In this document: in pieces, positions 22,056 through 33,253 of the stretch
How positions within the stretch are numbered: position 1 is the stretch's first letter
How the letters are laid out: each line of letters starts with the position of its first letter
Notes under the pieces: model-generated
Databases searched by the model: none
What the model was told of the DNA's origin: nothing
The model's input: the letters and a program-made list of their open reading frames with translations, nothing else
Origin: Psammoneis japonica
Lineage: Eukaryota
Reading direction: 5' to 3'
NCBI GenBank assembly: GCA_008632985.1
Contig: QPGO01000126.1
Coordinates: 124,001 to 188,000, forward strand
Length of the DNA: 64,000 nucleotides
Translations under genes and position numbers: made by a program

Positions 22056-22828
22056 TTACGAAACTCTGAATCTACCTATAGAAATTTGATTCTGAATGAG
22101 GACACCCGTGCCTCCAGTCGAACCAGTTATTCAAACGAATTCCGATGGACTTCATCGTGTGGAACGGCGACAACCTCCTTTCCGTAGATAGTATCTAGAG
22201 GTTTTCACTCGCATCCGCTTCTTGCTGTTTTCTCTATGGCATAGTAGCTACCGGTAAGGCTTAGAAAGAGAGCTATGTATCAACAATGCTGCTCGCCGTC
22301 CAAAGAAAAAAGTTGGTGTTTGAGTCGTGATTGACACGCTCGCGCCACCTCTCCCTGTTTGCCCAACCCAACTCACTTGTACCCGAAGGATCGTGCCTCA
22401 GCATTCATCCTTCATCCCAGCGGCTTTTTATTATTTTCCCATTGCCGGTTTTTAGAAGCTCCACCGTCTTCCATCTTCGATCCTCCTCATGAAATCAAAC
22501 CTTTTGCAAATAAAACGGAAAGATGCATGGAGGAAACACGATCTTGTCGATCTCTTCTGCATCTCTCGTCCCTTTTGTGGCGCTGCTCGCAGGAATTCCC
22601 AGTTCCCTTTGCATCATTGAACCTCATGACTGAGGATCATGATTCATGTAACCATGACTGAACTTAGCCTTGCTTCAGATGCGTTGATCGATTTCAACAC
22701 GATTGAGATCATCTGATTCTCTCCACTCTCCACGCCATCGGTCACTTTTTTAAACAGAGACGAGATCTGCTTCTCTCACAATCTAGAAACGCTCCTCTGT
22801 TCAAGGAACAGCTGTCTTGCATTGTGAC

Positions 22829-23802
22829 ATGGCCTCTCGTGCTCATTGTCCTCCAGCCTCTGTCTCAAAGGGATCCGAAGCGACCGGCGTTCCCGAGAAG
22901 GAGCCGACTGTGCTGAAGCCGACCATTCTCCTCAACAATGCTGTCAACTGCTCCCACGGTCATCGTACGTCCCAAACAGTCTGGACTGTGTTGAAGACTG
23001 GCTTTGTGCTCGTCAGCCTTTTCTGGGGATGCAATCACTTCGTTTCTAAGAAACCGTCAGTCAAGGATGATTTGACATGCTTCACTTCAGGTCTTCAGCG
23101 CCAAAATAACCTGGCCAGCATTGAGGACCTGCCAACAGACAGTTTTCACAATGTGCTCAGGCATGTTGCGTCAAGTCATTTCATCCAGCAGACGAGGTCC
23201 GGCAGCTTCTTCGAAAGAAGCTCAATCGGTTGCCCGTTGAAGTTCGAGAAAGCATCACAGAAACAGTTGTTGAGGAAGGAGTCACCAACCTAAATTCCTT
23301 TGGTGATTCGACGGCGACGTTTGCGGCCGATGGTCGAGCACACTGTTTCAAAGGCTTTCACTCTACCGTCTGCGACGACACCTTCACGGTCTTCAAATCC
23401 AAAATGTGCGCGACTTGCGTCGTTGCACCCGGAATCACCTTTGATGTTGCTGAAGCAGTGATCGATTACAAACAAGAAACTAGGGAAGAGGTGGTTGGCG
23501 TGAAGCCATGCGAGTGTGGCTGCTTTTGGTGTGCAGAGTGCCCTCTCACAAAAACCAAGACAGTCAAGACGCCCGTGTTCAAGCGCCACAGCCTGACTCT
23601 GAAGCAGCAAGGCCAACTTTCAGAATGGTCAAGGAGGGAAGCAATGATGGAAGCTGAAGATGTCGTTGGAACCGGGAGGACTATCCACATGAGTCCCCCC
23701 AGGGCACGACAACTCGACGACGCGATCAAGGACTTTGCAAAACCAGACTTGGAGGGCAGCTTCTATCATCTGGAAGGGAATGCCTCCATTGCAGACATTT
23801 AA
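22829..23802 (+). pseudogene. Unknown single-TM protein, copy 1 (1-nt deletion ~23150, many Tyr->Cys/His changes)
   Basis: Split into two ORFs relative to the 51286-52260 copy. Confidence 0.65.
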
Positions 23803-24164
23803 TTCTCTAGAGAGAAAGTGTCGAGCATTGTATGTTCTCAGTTTGAAATTAGTTCAACTTGTGCCGGTGTTCGGTTGAGAGACTTGAATCCTTCCTTGTT
23901 GTAACTCTAGTTGCAATTGGAATCGACGTGAACTGCAAATGCTAGCAGGAGACGTCCAACAGTTTTTCCTGGGACCGTCTGCAATGCAACCTGCAATCCT
24001 CCGAAAATGAAGTTCGCCTCGTAAGTTAACCCACAACCCGCGACCGACGTGCCATTGACGGAGCCAAAGGTTTCAGAGATGTTGGTTTCGACACTACAAT
24101 TTCACGTTCATCGTACAAAGGGCGTGGCTCAGCGAAGTCGATCAAAGGGAGCAATGCCTTACAA

Positions 24165-24905
24165 TCATTTCCAAGAATGCAAACTTGCCCCTAAATCAAT
24201 GGTGGCTTCTCCGTCCGGTGCAAAAGCCAAATCCCCATTGTGGATGTTTTTCCACACGGAGGAATCCCCCATTGATCTCAAGAGTGCTTCAGATGGAATG
24301 ACGTTGCTGACACAAAACAGAATTCCTCCTGGTGCCGTCACTCGCGTCAATTCCGTTATAGAATCTTGAAACACATCCTTCCCAGTAATGTGTGTTGCAT
24401 CCAAGGTGCCCTTGTCGAAAATGGCATCAATCGATTGATTCGGAATCATGCGCAAGTTTCTAGCATCGGCCGTCACCAAAGAGACATCAGCATTTCGCAG
24501 TCGATCGGGTCCAAACAGTTCCTTGGCACGATCAATTCCAGCTTGAGAATGATCAAAGGCTGTCATGGTTTGGTTCCAGCCAGCATCACACAATTCGATG
24601 GGAGTCGGATCATTTCCCATGCCTGCCACCAAGACATGAGCTTGGCAATTGGGAACCAGTTCCCTCCAAAAGGGAGCAATTTCATTCCAACCGCAATGCC
24701 AAGAATGCGAACTCGAAGGACGATCTCCGACTCCCTCATGCATTTCATCCCAATGGCTCTTCATCCCAAATTTACATTTCCCCGTTGTTTCATCCATGTT
24801 GGCATTCTTCGACGGCAACACTGCACAAGAAGAGTGCGACGATTGATGCAGTCGACCTTGCATGGCAAAGGCCACTGCAACAAGAGCTTTGGGAACGAAG
24901 ACCAT
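24165..24905 (-). pseudogene. Class I SAM methyltransferase, copy 1, hypermutated
   Basis: All Tyr of copy 3 are changed to His/Cys; CGA->TGA near the end. Confidence 0.75.
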
Positions 24906-25129
24906 GCTTCTTCTTTTAGATTTCGGTTCTGTTCAGATGGAAGAATTAACAGTCTTAAAGAGGAGCAAAGAGTTCTCGCTTCTCGCCCTCCATTCCCTCC
25001 AACCTCAATCACAATCAATCAGTCGCAATCATCTACGATTTTGGGATTTTAGGTTTTGCTCACCGATTTATTTACGGACGATGGACAGCCCTGTGCTAAC
25101 CGACAGATATAAAATGCGCATGCATGCAT

Positions 25130-26773
25130 GTCTCTCGCTCTGAGATCCCTCAATTTTCATGTCACTGGTGCCGTGCTCATTGCCACTGTCCTTGCATCTT
25201 GTTGGATTGATCAGACACAGCAGTCTGACAGGTTGTGGCCTTCATTAGATTGTTCTGCTGTGTCAAGAACAACTGATTCGTTTTTTTTTTTGGCAGACGA
25301 GACGATGCCCTTGCTTCTTGTGTCCCTCTCGGGTGCAGAAAGCAGCTGCAGGCACGTCAGCAGAGGGTCATCAGCACTGCAGAAGACATGCTGGAGCCTG
25401 TGGGTGTTTTTTTCTGCACCTCCAGCATGACCAAAGATGAGAAAAATGGCAATCTTCTCAAGATTGTCAAGACCACTTTGCTGTCAATTTCAGCCCCCTT
25501 CACATCACCCTTGTTTTGCTCTCCAAACGATGCTGGCACACTGCTGCTGTGTCCTCAACCACAGCTTTGCACCAACAATTGCCTTCCCCTGGGCAACATT
25601 CTGGATGGCTTCACTCCTTGTGGTCTGTGCAGCAATTCCACGCCAATCATTTGTCAGAAGATTCTCCAGGACTTGATCGTTCTTCAAGCAGCGGCTCTGC
25701 GCACTCTTTGAAAAGAAGGCACACCTCTGCCAGGTGCTGTCAGCAACCCAAATGGACCTCAGAAACATCTGAACTTCTTCTCCTCTTTGCAGAAGACTGC
25801 GCTCCAAGCAACATGATTTGACAATGATGGCGCTGTTGAGATTCACACTGGGGCAGTGTTGCTCTTTTTCTGACACCCGGCATTGCATCACACAGGTGCT
25901 CGCCACATGCTCTCCAACGGCTGTCCTCCAGATGATCAACCCTCTGACTGCAACCTCTTCAGGTGCTCCTGCCCCTCACTTGACATGGGAGTCATTTTTA
26001 AATGTCGCAACACACGCACCTCCCACTCATTCTTGACAACATCAACAGCTTGGCATGAGAGACCACACCAGCAGATTGCACACTGCAAGCAACCACACTG
26101 CAGCTCACCTTTGCCTCTCTGCAAGACAACAACCAATCAGCAAACCATGGCCCATGGCACCCACACATGCCCAGCTTTGGGAGGCCCTGCCTGAAAAAAG
26201 CGCACATCATCACCCAGCATGTTGTGCCAGCTCCCTGGGTGTGCTGCTGTCTGCTGCTGCTGGTCAGCAGCACATTGCTGAAGCAGCCGCAGCAGCACGC
26301 TGCTGATGTTTTGTTTGTTGCCTGGGTCATGAGAGCATTGCTGATGAGAGTTCCTTGGCAGTGTCTTTTGGGATTGTTTTTTCTGTGACAGAACCCTCTT
26401 TATGTTGAAAAGAGCCAGGGGTGTGCGAGTCATGCAAGCAATGTGTCACAGCTGCTGCAGCAATGGAGTGGCTTGAGCTCAATGTCCTGCTCATCTGGTT
26501 GTGGCCATCATGCAGGCATCAGATGAGTGGGCAATGACAACACTCTTCTTTTTTCACATGCGCCGCTTTTTGAAACATGAGTTTTTTCCTTGGTGGGGCA
26601 CAGCCTTGGTGCATGCTGCTGTTTGTTTTGGTGCAAAAATTGCCACAAAATGATTTCAAACCTGGACAGAGATCCCTTTTCCTGTTGGCCTGAGCTTGCA
26701 TTCCAACCCTGGGTGGGGCTGTGCACGACATTGGGCCCACAGAGTTCTGTGCACAAGCTCTGCAGCAAAGTCA
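25130..26773. mobile_element. Decayed TpA/CpG-depleted tract, copy 1 (truncated by the junction)
   Basis: About 3 TA in 1.6 kb and few CG. No recognisable domain. Confidence 0.45.
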
Positions 26774-27228
26774 TCAGGGAGGCACAGCACGGGCATCTTT
26801 ATCGTGCATTTGTGAAAATGAATGAATCGCGATGGCTGCATTTGAAATGATGTGTGGCGCCCTGTCTCTGCTAGAGCAGAATTCAAAGTGTTGAGGCAGG
26901 TGTCAACCGTGTCATGAATGCGCCACCACGTCGTGTGTTCTCCACGAATAAATCCGCGAACTGCCCCTCATCAGAGGACAATTCGTCGGAACTCAGATTC
27001 CTTTCAATGTACCGCCATCAGTAACATTTCTACGAGATGTCGGGAATGAAAGAAGGAGCGCTCTTACCACCGCATGTTTCAGTCGCACAATCCAATCGCG
27101 CTTGTGTGATGCATCGTGCGTTCTCATCACAGAAGATTTTCGCATCTGCTCGCATCTGGCATCTTCTTCAATCTCTCATATCTTGCAGAACACAAAAAAA
27201 AGATACCTAAAGATACGCTTTCGAGACA

Positions 27229-28065
27229 ATGGCCAAGAGACTCGCGACTCAGATTGTGATTGCCGCCTTTCAGGACGAAGAGGCTGTGGATGCCGTTGAA
27301 ACGGCAGTCGCCAGTGCAGAATGGGACGCCAAGCAAATCATTTGCACCAACATGGCCAAGGCCAAAAAAGACAAGGCTGGCAAAATGTCCGTCAAGGAAT
27401 TAGGAAAGCCGAGCGACGTTGGAGCTGCAGCCACGGGCGGTGGTATCGGTGCGGTCTTGGGTGGATTGGCTCTTTGTTTGCTGGGACCAGCAGGAGCGGC
27501 GGCTGGTGCCGCTGCCGGAGGAGCCACCGGAGCGGCTATCGCTGGCTATGCCAATCATCAAGTGGAGGGTCTTGACAAGGACAAGCTCCAAAAGCTTGGG
27601 ACGGCTCTCAAACCCGGCACTTCGGCCATTGTCTTGGTTTTCGATGAAGTTATTGTCTCCAAGAAGGATATTGAAACCGAGTTGGAACTATGGAAGGAAG
27701 GTACCGACTTGTTAGTGGATTCCATGACGACCAAGATTACCGAACACTTGGAGGCCGGTGACGACATTGCCTATCATTTGGCGTTGGGTGCCGATGGATT
27801 TACCGGTTCGCGTTTTGTACTTGGAAAGGACGCCATGAATATCCATAACTTGGTCTTGACGCCTGAATTCATTTCGGCGGAAGAATTGACCGCCACGGAG
27901 GATGGTGTTGCCTTGGAGGCGGCTGTTGCCACGCCGGAACAGCTCACGACGGCTCGTGCCTTGCTCACGTCTTCGGTATGTGCTTATGAAGTCACGGCTA
28001 TGACAGAGGATGAAGCCGTCTATGAAGCTGGTGTTGCAGTCGCGGATAAACAGTTGGAAGAATGA
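27229..28065 (+). CDS. DUF1269-like protein, copy 2
   Basis: Protein identical to copy 1. Confidence 0.75.
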   Translation: MAKRLATQIVIAAFQDEEAVDAVETAVASAEWDAKQIICTNMAKAKKDKAGKMSVKELGKPSDVGAAATGGGIGAVLGGLALCLLGPAGAAAGAAAGGATGAAIAGYANHQVEGLDKDKLQKLGTALKPGTSAIVLVFDEVIVSKKDIETELELWKEGTDLLVDSMTTKITEHLEAGDDIAYHLALGADGFTGSRFVLGKDAMNIHNLVLTPEFISAEELTATEDGVALEAAVATPEQLTTARALLTSSVCAYEVTAMTEDEAVYEAGVAVADKQLEE

Positions 28066-28715
28066 GAAGTTGATTGACGAAAGGCACCCCTTTTCTCGTT
28101 GTGTAAGTTGTTTAGTAACTTGGTTATTCAGTTTTATTTTCTATTATAGAGTATGTTATAAAGTATGCTACAGTGCATCGACATATCCTAGCATAATGAG
28201 CTAATGCTTAGCTCGAGCTTACAACAGGAAGAGATGAAGACGATCGCTTTCTGACTACTAGGGCCCTAGTACACGACTTCAAACCACAACACGCTCCAAC
28301 TGCAGCCGAATTTAGAAGACTTAGCTGTTCGATAGCTATCTAGTTGAAAACTACGATGATTTTGTGATGAAAGCTGTCTTTTCCGGCAATTGTTCGATTG
28401 GGTTGCCTTCGTTAGGATACGAGGCTTTATTTCGCAGAGGAAGGAATCGGGTGCAAAATCTTGGTCCCTGGAGATGCTGTGAACGAGCAATTGCTGCGCA
28501 CCGCGTAGTAGCTCCGACTGACAGAATAGCAGGGTTAGGACGCTGCTACGGTACCAAAACATGTCGCGTTACGTCTTCACAAATGCTGTCTTCTTCCCTC
28601 GGCTCTTTGTCTTGTCTCTAATCATGACATCTTGCTCTGGCTAGAGTCTTGCCAGTGGATGGGGCTGTCTGCTGAGAACCAAGAGAGAGGCGGGCCCCTA
28701 CGTGCCCTTTCTGGA

Positions 28716-31700
28716 TTACGACCAGTTGTGTGCTTTTAAACAGAAGATTAAGGGAGCCCATGTAGAGCGGAAGGGAACAGCAGAGGGAGGCACGGAGGCA
28801 GCTGTAGAGACGGCAGAGTAGAAGGGTCGAAGGACGCAAGACGAAGGGCGTTTTGAGGAAGGCATGGGTGAGGAGGGAGCAGGGAGAGAGGAAGTGAATC
28901 GGAGGATGTGCGTAGAAAGGTGAAGAACGACGTTGCAGGCAAGAGTTTGGGTGGCCCACTGGGATGGGGTGGCCGCACGGCAGGTGTTCCCAAAGCGATC
29001 GGCGGACAGGCGACGCCATTCGAAGTCAGCGGAGGGAAGGATTGCAGACGGAGACGACAAAGCGTAGAGCGAGGAAGGCGGAGCAGGAGGCATCGGAGTG
29101 ACGAAAGTCAGAGGAAGAGGACCAGGGTGGCTTGGGCTGAGAGCCGATGGAGGAGGATGTAGAACCAAAGAGCAAGCGGTGAGCAAAGCAGCCGAGACCA
29201 CCAAGGTGATCTACAGTGAAGGGGAGCAGGAAGATGCCATCGTTGTCAAGCGAAGAAACAACAAGGGATCCATCGGCAGAGGAAGTGGAGGGGCCAAGAA
29301 ACTTCAATCTCGCGCTCGAGTGGTGTGCCTCAGTTAAAACAGGAGAAGAGGGGGCAGGCAGACCTGGAGGAGGGCGAGAGGAAGCTTGAGGGACGGCAAC
29401 GTCCACTGCAATGTAGTGATGGCGGGAGGGAGTGGAAAGGGAGGCGGGAGGGGGGATTAAAATGCCGACATCAGCGGGACGGAGGAGCGGGCGGGTGGGG
29501 AGCAGGTTGGTGGGTTCAAGATGAACGTCATTGGGGGATCGACAGAACTCTGCAAGAGGACCCAAAGTTTGGGCTGGGATGAAAACAGTGCCACCGAGAC
29601 CATTGGAGAGCTTGGACTTGTGAGCACGGCGGCAAGAAAAGGCATGATCACCACAGGCATCCAGGATGGCATGGCCACAGGGACAGGGAGTGTTGACAAG
29701 GGACGGAGGAAGGATGGGGAGACGAAGCTTGCGAAGGGCGGCAATGACGCAGGCGTCCGAAGAAAGGCGGGAGCTTGGGAAGCGACGGGAGAAGGAATGA
29801 AGAGGGAGGCTTGTAAGCGGAGATGGCAATGAAGGGAGCGAAGATTGCACGTCGTGACATGAGTTGGCAAGGATGGAGGTTGCTGCTTGCTGCTGATGTT
29901 CATGGCAGAGGCGACGAGCCAGGCCAGGAAGAGTGGCCGATTTAACCAGGGCAGCCAAGGAAGAAGAGGAAAGGGTGGAGGCGGAAGCCAGAGCGGGAGC
30001 ATGACGGCGGAAGAGCGCACAGAGTCGCAGGGAAGAGCGAGGGTTGGACCAGGAAGACAGGGAGAGCCGAAAGCAGTGCGGAAGGGAAACAGAAGCGCCA
30101 GATGGCAGGCTGACACCGTGCGAAGCAAAGCGGAACGAGCGGAGAAGCGACACCAAGAAGGAAGGAATGGCAGCAGCTGTTGGATCTCGGAGACCAAACC
30201 CGCCTGAGGAGGCAGGAAGGAAGGCGATGGCAATAGAATGATCAGGAAAAGGAGCGGCGAAGGAAGTGACGCAGTGAAGAAAGCGGTGAGTGACGGTGAG
30301 GAGGAAATCTTGAAACGGAGAGGTCCAGAGAAAGGGGTCGGGAGGATTGTCGGGGTCGAAGTTGTGGCAGAAGTCAGCCCCAAGGAGGTGAGCAGAGGAT
30401 GGAACAAAACAGTGCTTGAAGAGTTGAGCCTGGGTTTGTTTGTCATGAAGACGGGTGAGAAGCACATCAACTTTGTCGGAGAGAGCAGAGGAAGTGTCGG
30501 AAAGGAAGGAGGTGGTGAAGTCGTGGGAGCCGAGGGGCTGTCCGAGGAAGCAAACACCAGAGGTGAGTTCGGGGTTGTGGGAGGGGTCATTGGCAGGGTT
30601 TAAGAAGGAAAGTGCAGCACAGAGAGGATCGGCACGGGAAGGGGGAAGAGCAGGGATGGGGCTAACACCGGCAATGGAGGTGAGGATCTTGGTTTTACGG
30701 AGGTTGAGGGAGATCCCGCAGGGAGCGCCGAGGGCGGAGAAGCGTTCAAGGAACCATGGGAGCACGGAATGGGGAAGGAAAGCATGAGCATCATCAACGC
30801 AGGAGCCAACTGAGACAGAGGAACGGCCAGGGATTCGTTCTTGAAGTTCTTGGTTGATTGGACGAAGAACCAGAGAGAGGACTGGGCTGGCGAAGACAGG
30901 GCCGAGAGGGCATCCTTGGGCAAATCCCTCTTCTTGAAGAAAGGAGCCCCAGGAAGAATCGGGTCGGCGATGCCAACATGCATTGGAACTTTGACATGGA
31001 AGGTCAAAAAAAGGAAGCAGAGGATGGAAGGCAGGGGTGGAGGTGAGAACGTGTCGACAGGCGTCTCGGGATGCTTCGTTGAACACATTGACAAGGTCAA
31101 GAAGAAGAAGAACCTTGGTGGAGTCGGCGGAAGAAAGACATTGTTCAATGTTGGCAAGAGCAGAGTGAATGAGACAATCGAGGCCACCTTTGACACCAAT
31201 GCCAAATTGGCCATCTGGGAGGAGACATTCGGTGAATGCAGAACCAAAGAGAGTCATGACGACGGAGCCAGCAATGCGACGGAGAGCAGTGCCGACGCCA
31301 ATGGGGCGAAGCTTGTTGAGGTCGCTGGCATCTTCATGCAGAGCGACAAAGCAGTTTGAAGCAAACAAGGAATGGACGGAGGGAGGAATGGAGCCATGGA
31401 GAAGGAGAAGGACAAGCTCACGGAAGGATGACAAGCAGGGACGTTGAGCAACTCCTGTCGGGGTTTTGGCAGAATGAAGGGCGCAGGACTTGAAGAGGTC
31501 GGTAGAATCAGCAAAGACGCCGGCAGCAGTCCCAGGCTTGCATTTGGAGAGAGCAGAAAGAAGAGCGTCGGAGGAGAGCTCAATGGGCTCGTCATGAAGG
31601 GAGGAGGCCAAGCGAGTTGAAGGAGGATCAGGCAGGTCGGAGGGATGCAGGCGAGGAGGGTAGAGCTTGAGGATGGTGGGAAGGCATTCAGGAGCAACGG

Positions 31701-32974
31701 CAGCAACAGGAAGCGCAGAGGTGAGCTTGGAGCAGGCCGAGTGAAAGTCATCTTCGTCGGCGCAGACTTGAGCGGAACAGCAACATGTGGAAGCAGAAAA
31801 GTCGGGGGAAGATGAGGAGAGGCGCGGCGCATGGGAGCAGGCTTCGTGGCAGAGTTGGCGAATGCAGCCACGGCGGAAGAGGGACAAGCGGGAGGCAATG
31901 GTGGGGCCAAACTTGGAGCGTGGCGGAACAGGAGCAAGAATGAGAGCTTCAAAGAGTAAGAGAAGCTTCCAGAAGGGAGTGGAGTCACGTTGCCACGTAG
32001 GAATGAGATGGGAAGGGTCAGACAGGGGCTGGGAGGCGGCCAGCACCCAGCTTGTCACATGGTGAAGAGCGGAGCAGAGTTCCTTGCGGGCAGAGGACGA
32101 GAGCTTGCGGCGACAGGAAGCTCGGAAAGGCGGAGGCTTGAGTGCAAGAGCATGGAGCCATTGTAGCGAGGGACCCCAGTCACCTAGATTGTGGAAGGAC
32201 GAGAGAACAATGTCAGTGTTGAGGGAAGAGCGAGGAGCAAAGTGCTTGTTCTGCAAGTGATTGCGGAGGTGGGTGGCAGACAGGTGGGTGTGTTGGCCAC
32301 GATTGCAATGCCTGCAGACATGCAAACCAGCGGTGTCAAAGAAGGACGTAGGTGCATGAGAAAGGGAGAGGCAGGGATGCTCCTGGCAAAGATGGCTGCG
32401 CACAGTGGCAGGAAGAGATGATGCATCAATGGAAGGAGGGGACCAGGAGCAGAAGGGGCAAGTTGGCGGGGCACGGGCTTCGGTGGGCTCCACGAGGCGA
32501 TGAGGTCGCGGAGGGAGTCGATGTCAGGGGCTGCAGCCCGGATGGCTTCTTCGTAGAAAGGTTTCCAGGCAGAAAGGCGGGCCGGGCAGCAAGCACCTAC
32601 GAAGGCATCAAGGACATCCAAGAGTTCCATCTCGCGCTGGGACTGCTGAGGAGAAACCGAGTCATCAGATTCGGTCTGCACAATTGCATCGGGAGTGGTG
32701 GGGGGCGGAGAGGTCTGCACAACTACGGCAGGAATGGCAGGGGTGGAGAGGAAGCATCGGGAGAAGAGTGGGGGCGCTTGGAGGGAGGAGGCTCGGCAGT
32801 GAGGGAGCGGGCTTGGGGAGGATGGGAGGAAGGAGATGCAGCAGTGGGGAGCGGATCTTGGGGTTTGGGGAGCTGCCAGTCTTGAGCAAGCAGCTCGAGG
32901 GCACGACACGAGAAAGAATCTCGAGAGGGGGCAGGCGGCTGAAGAGCAGCAGAGGCGTGGGATGGGGAAGCCAT
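28716..32974 (-). mobile_element. RLE-type non-LTR retrotransposon, copy 2
   Basis: 1155-codon open frame covering the zinc fingers, RT, CCHC-like knuckle and RLE motifs. Confidence 0.9.
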
Positions 32975-33253
32975 GCTGTCGCCATGGGTAGATTTACGCA
33001 AAGAAGAAGGCGTGCGTGCTGTATTGTCCGTTTGGCTGTGCGATGCGATGCTTACCTGTATGCCGTGTTGAGCACTTTTCTGCGTCATCTGCTTTCTTGT
33101 CTGTGCGCGCCATTTTTGAGTTTCGACTTCCGAAGACACGCCGACACGCACAACGCACACCACGAGGCACGCAACATGCAACAAACTCACAACGGATGTA
33201 CGGTACCGACTTCAGATGCCAGTGAGTGTAAGAACGAATCGCATACTGTAACC

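Noticed and set aside
25130..26773. Many overlapping Cys/His/Gln-rich ORFs (also 11200-12660 and the copies)
   Set aside because: Expected by-product of TG/CA enrichment and stop loss; no domain signatures.
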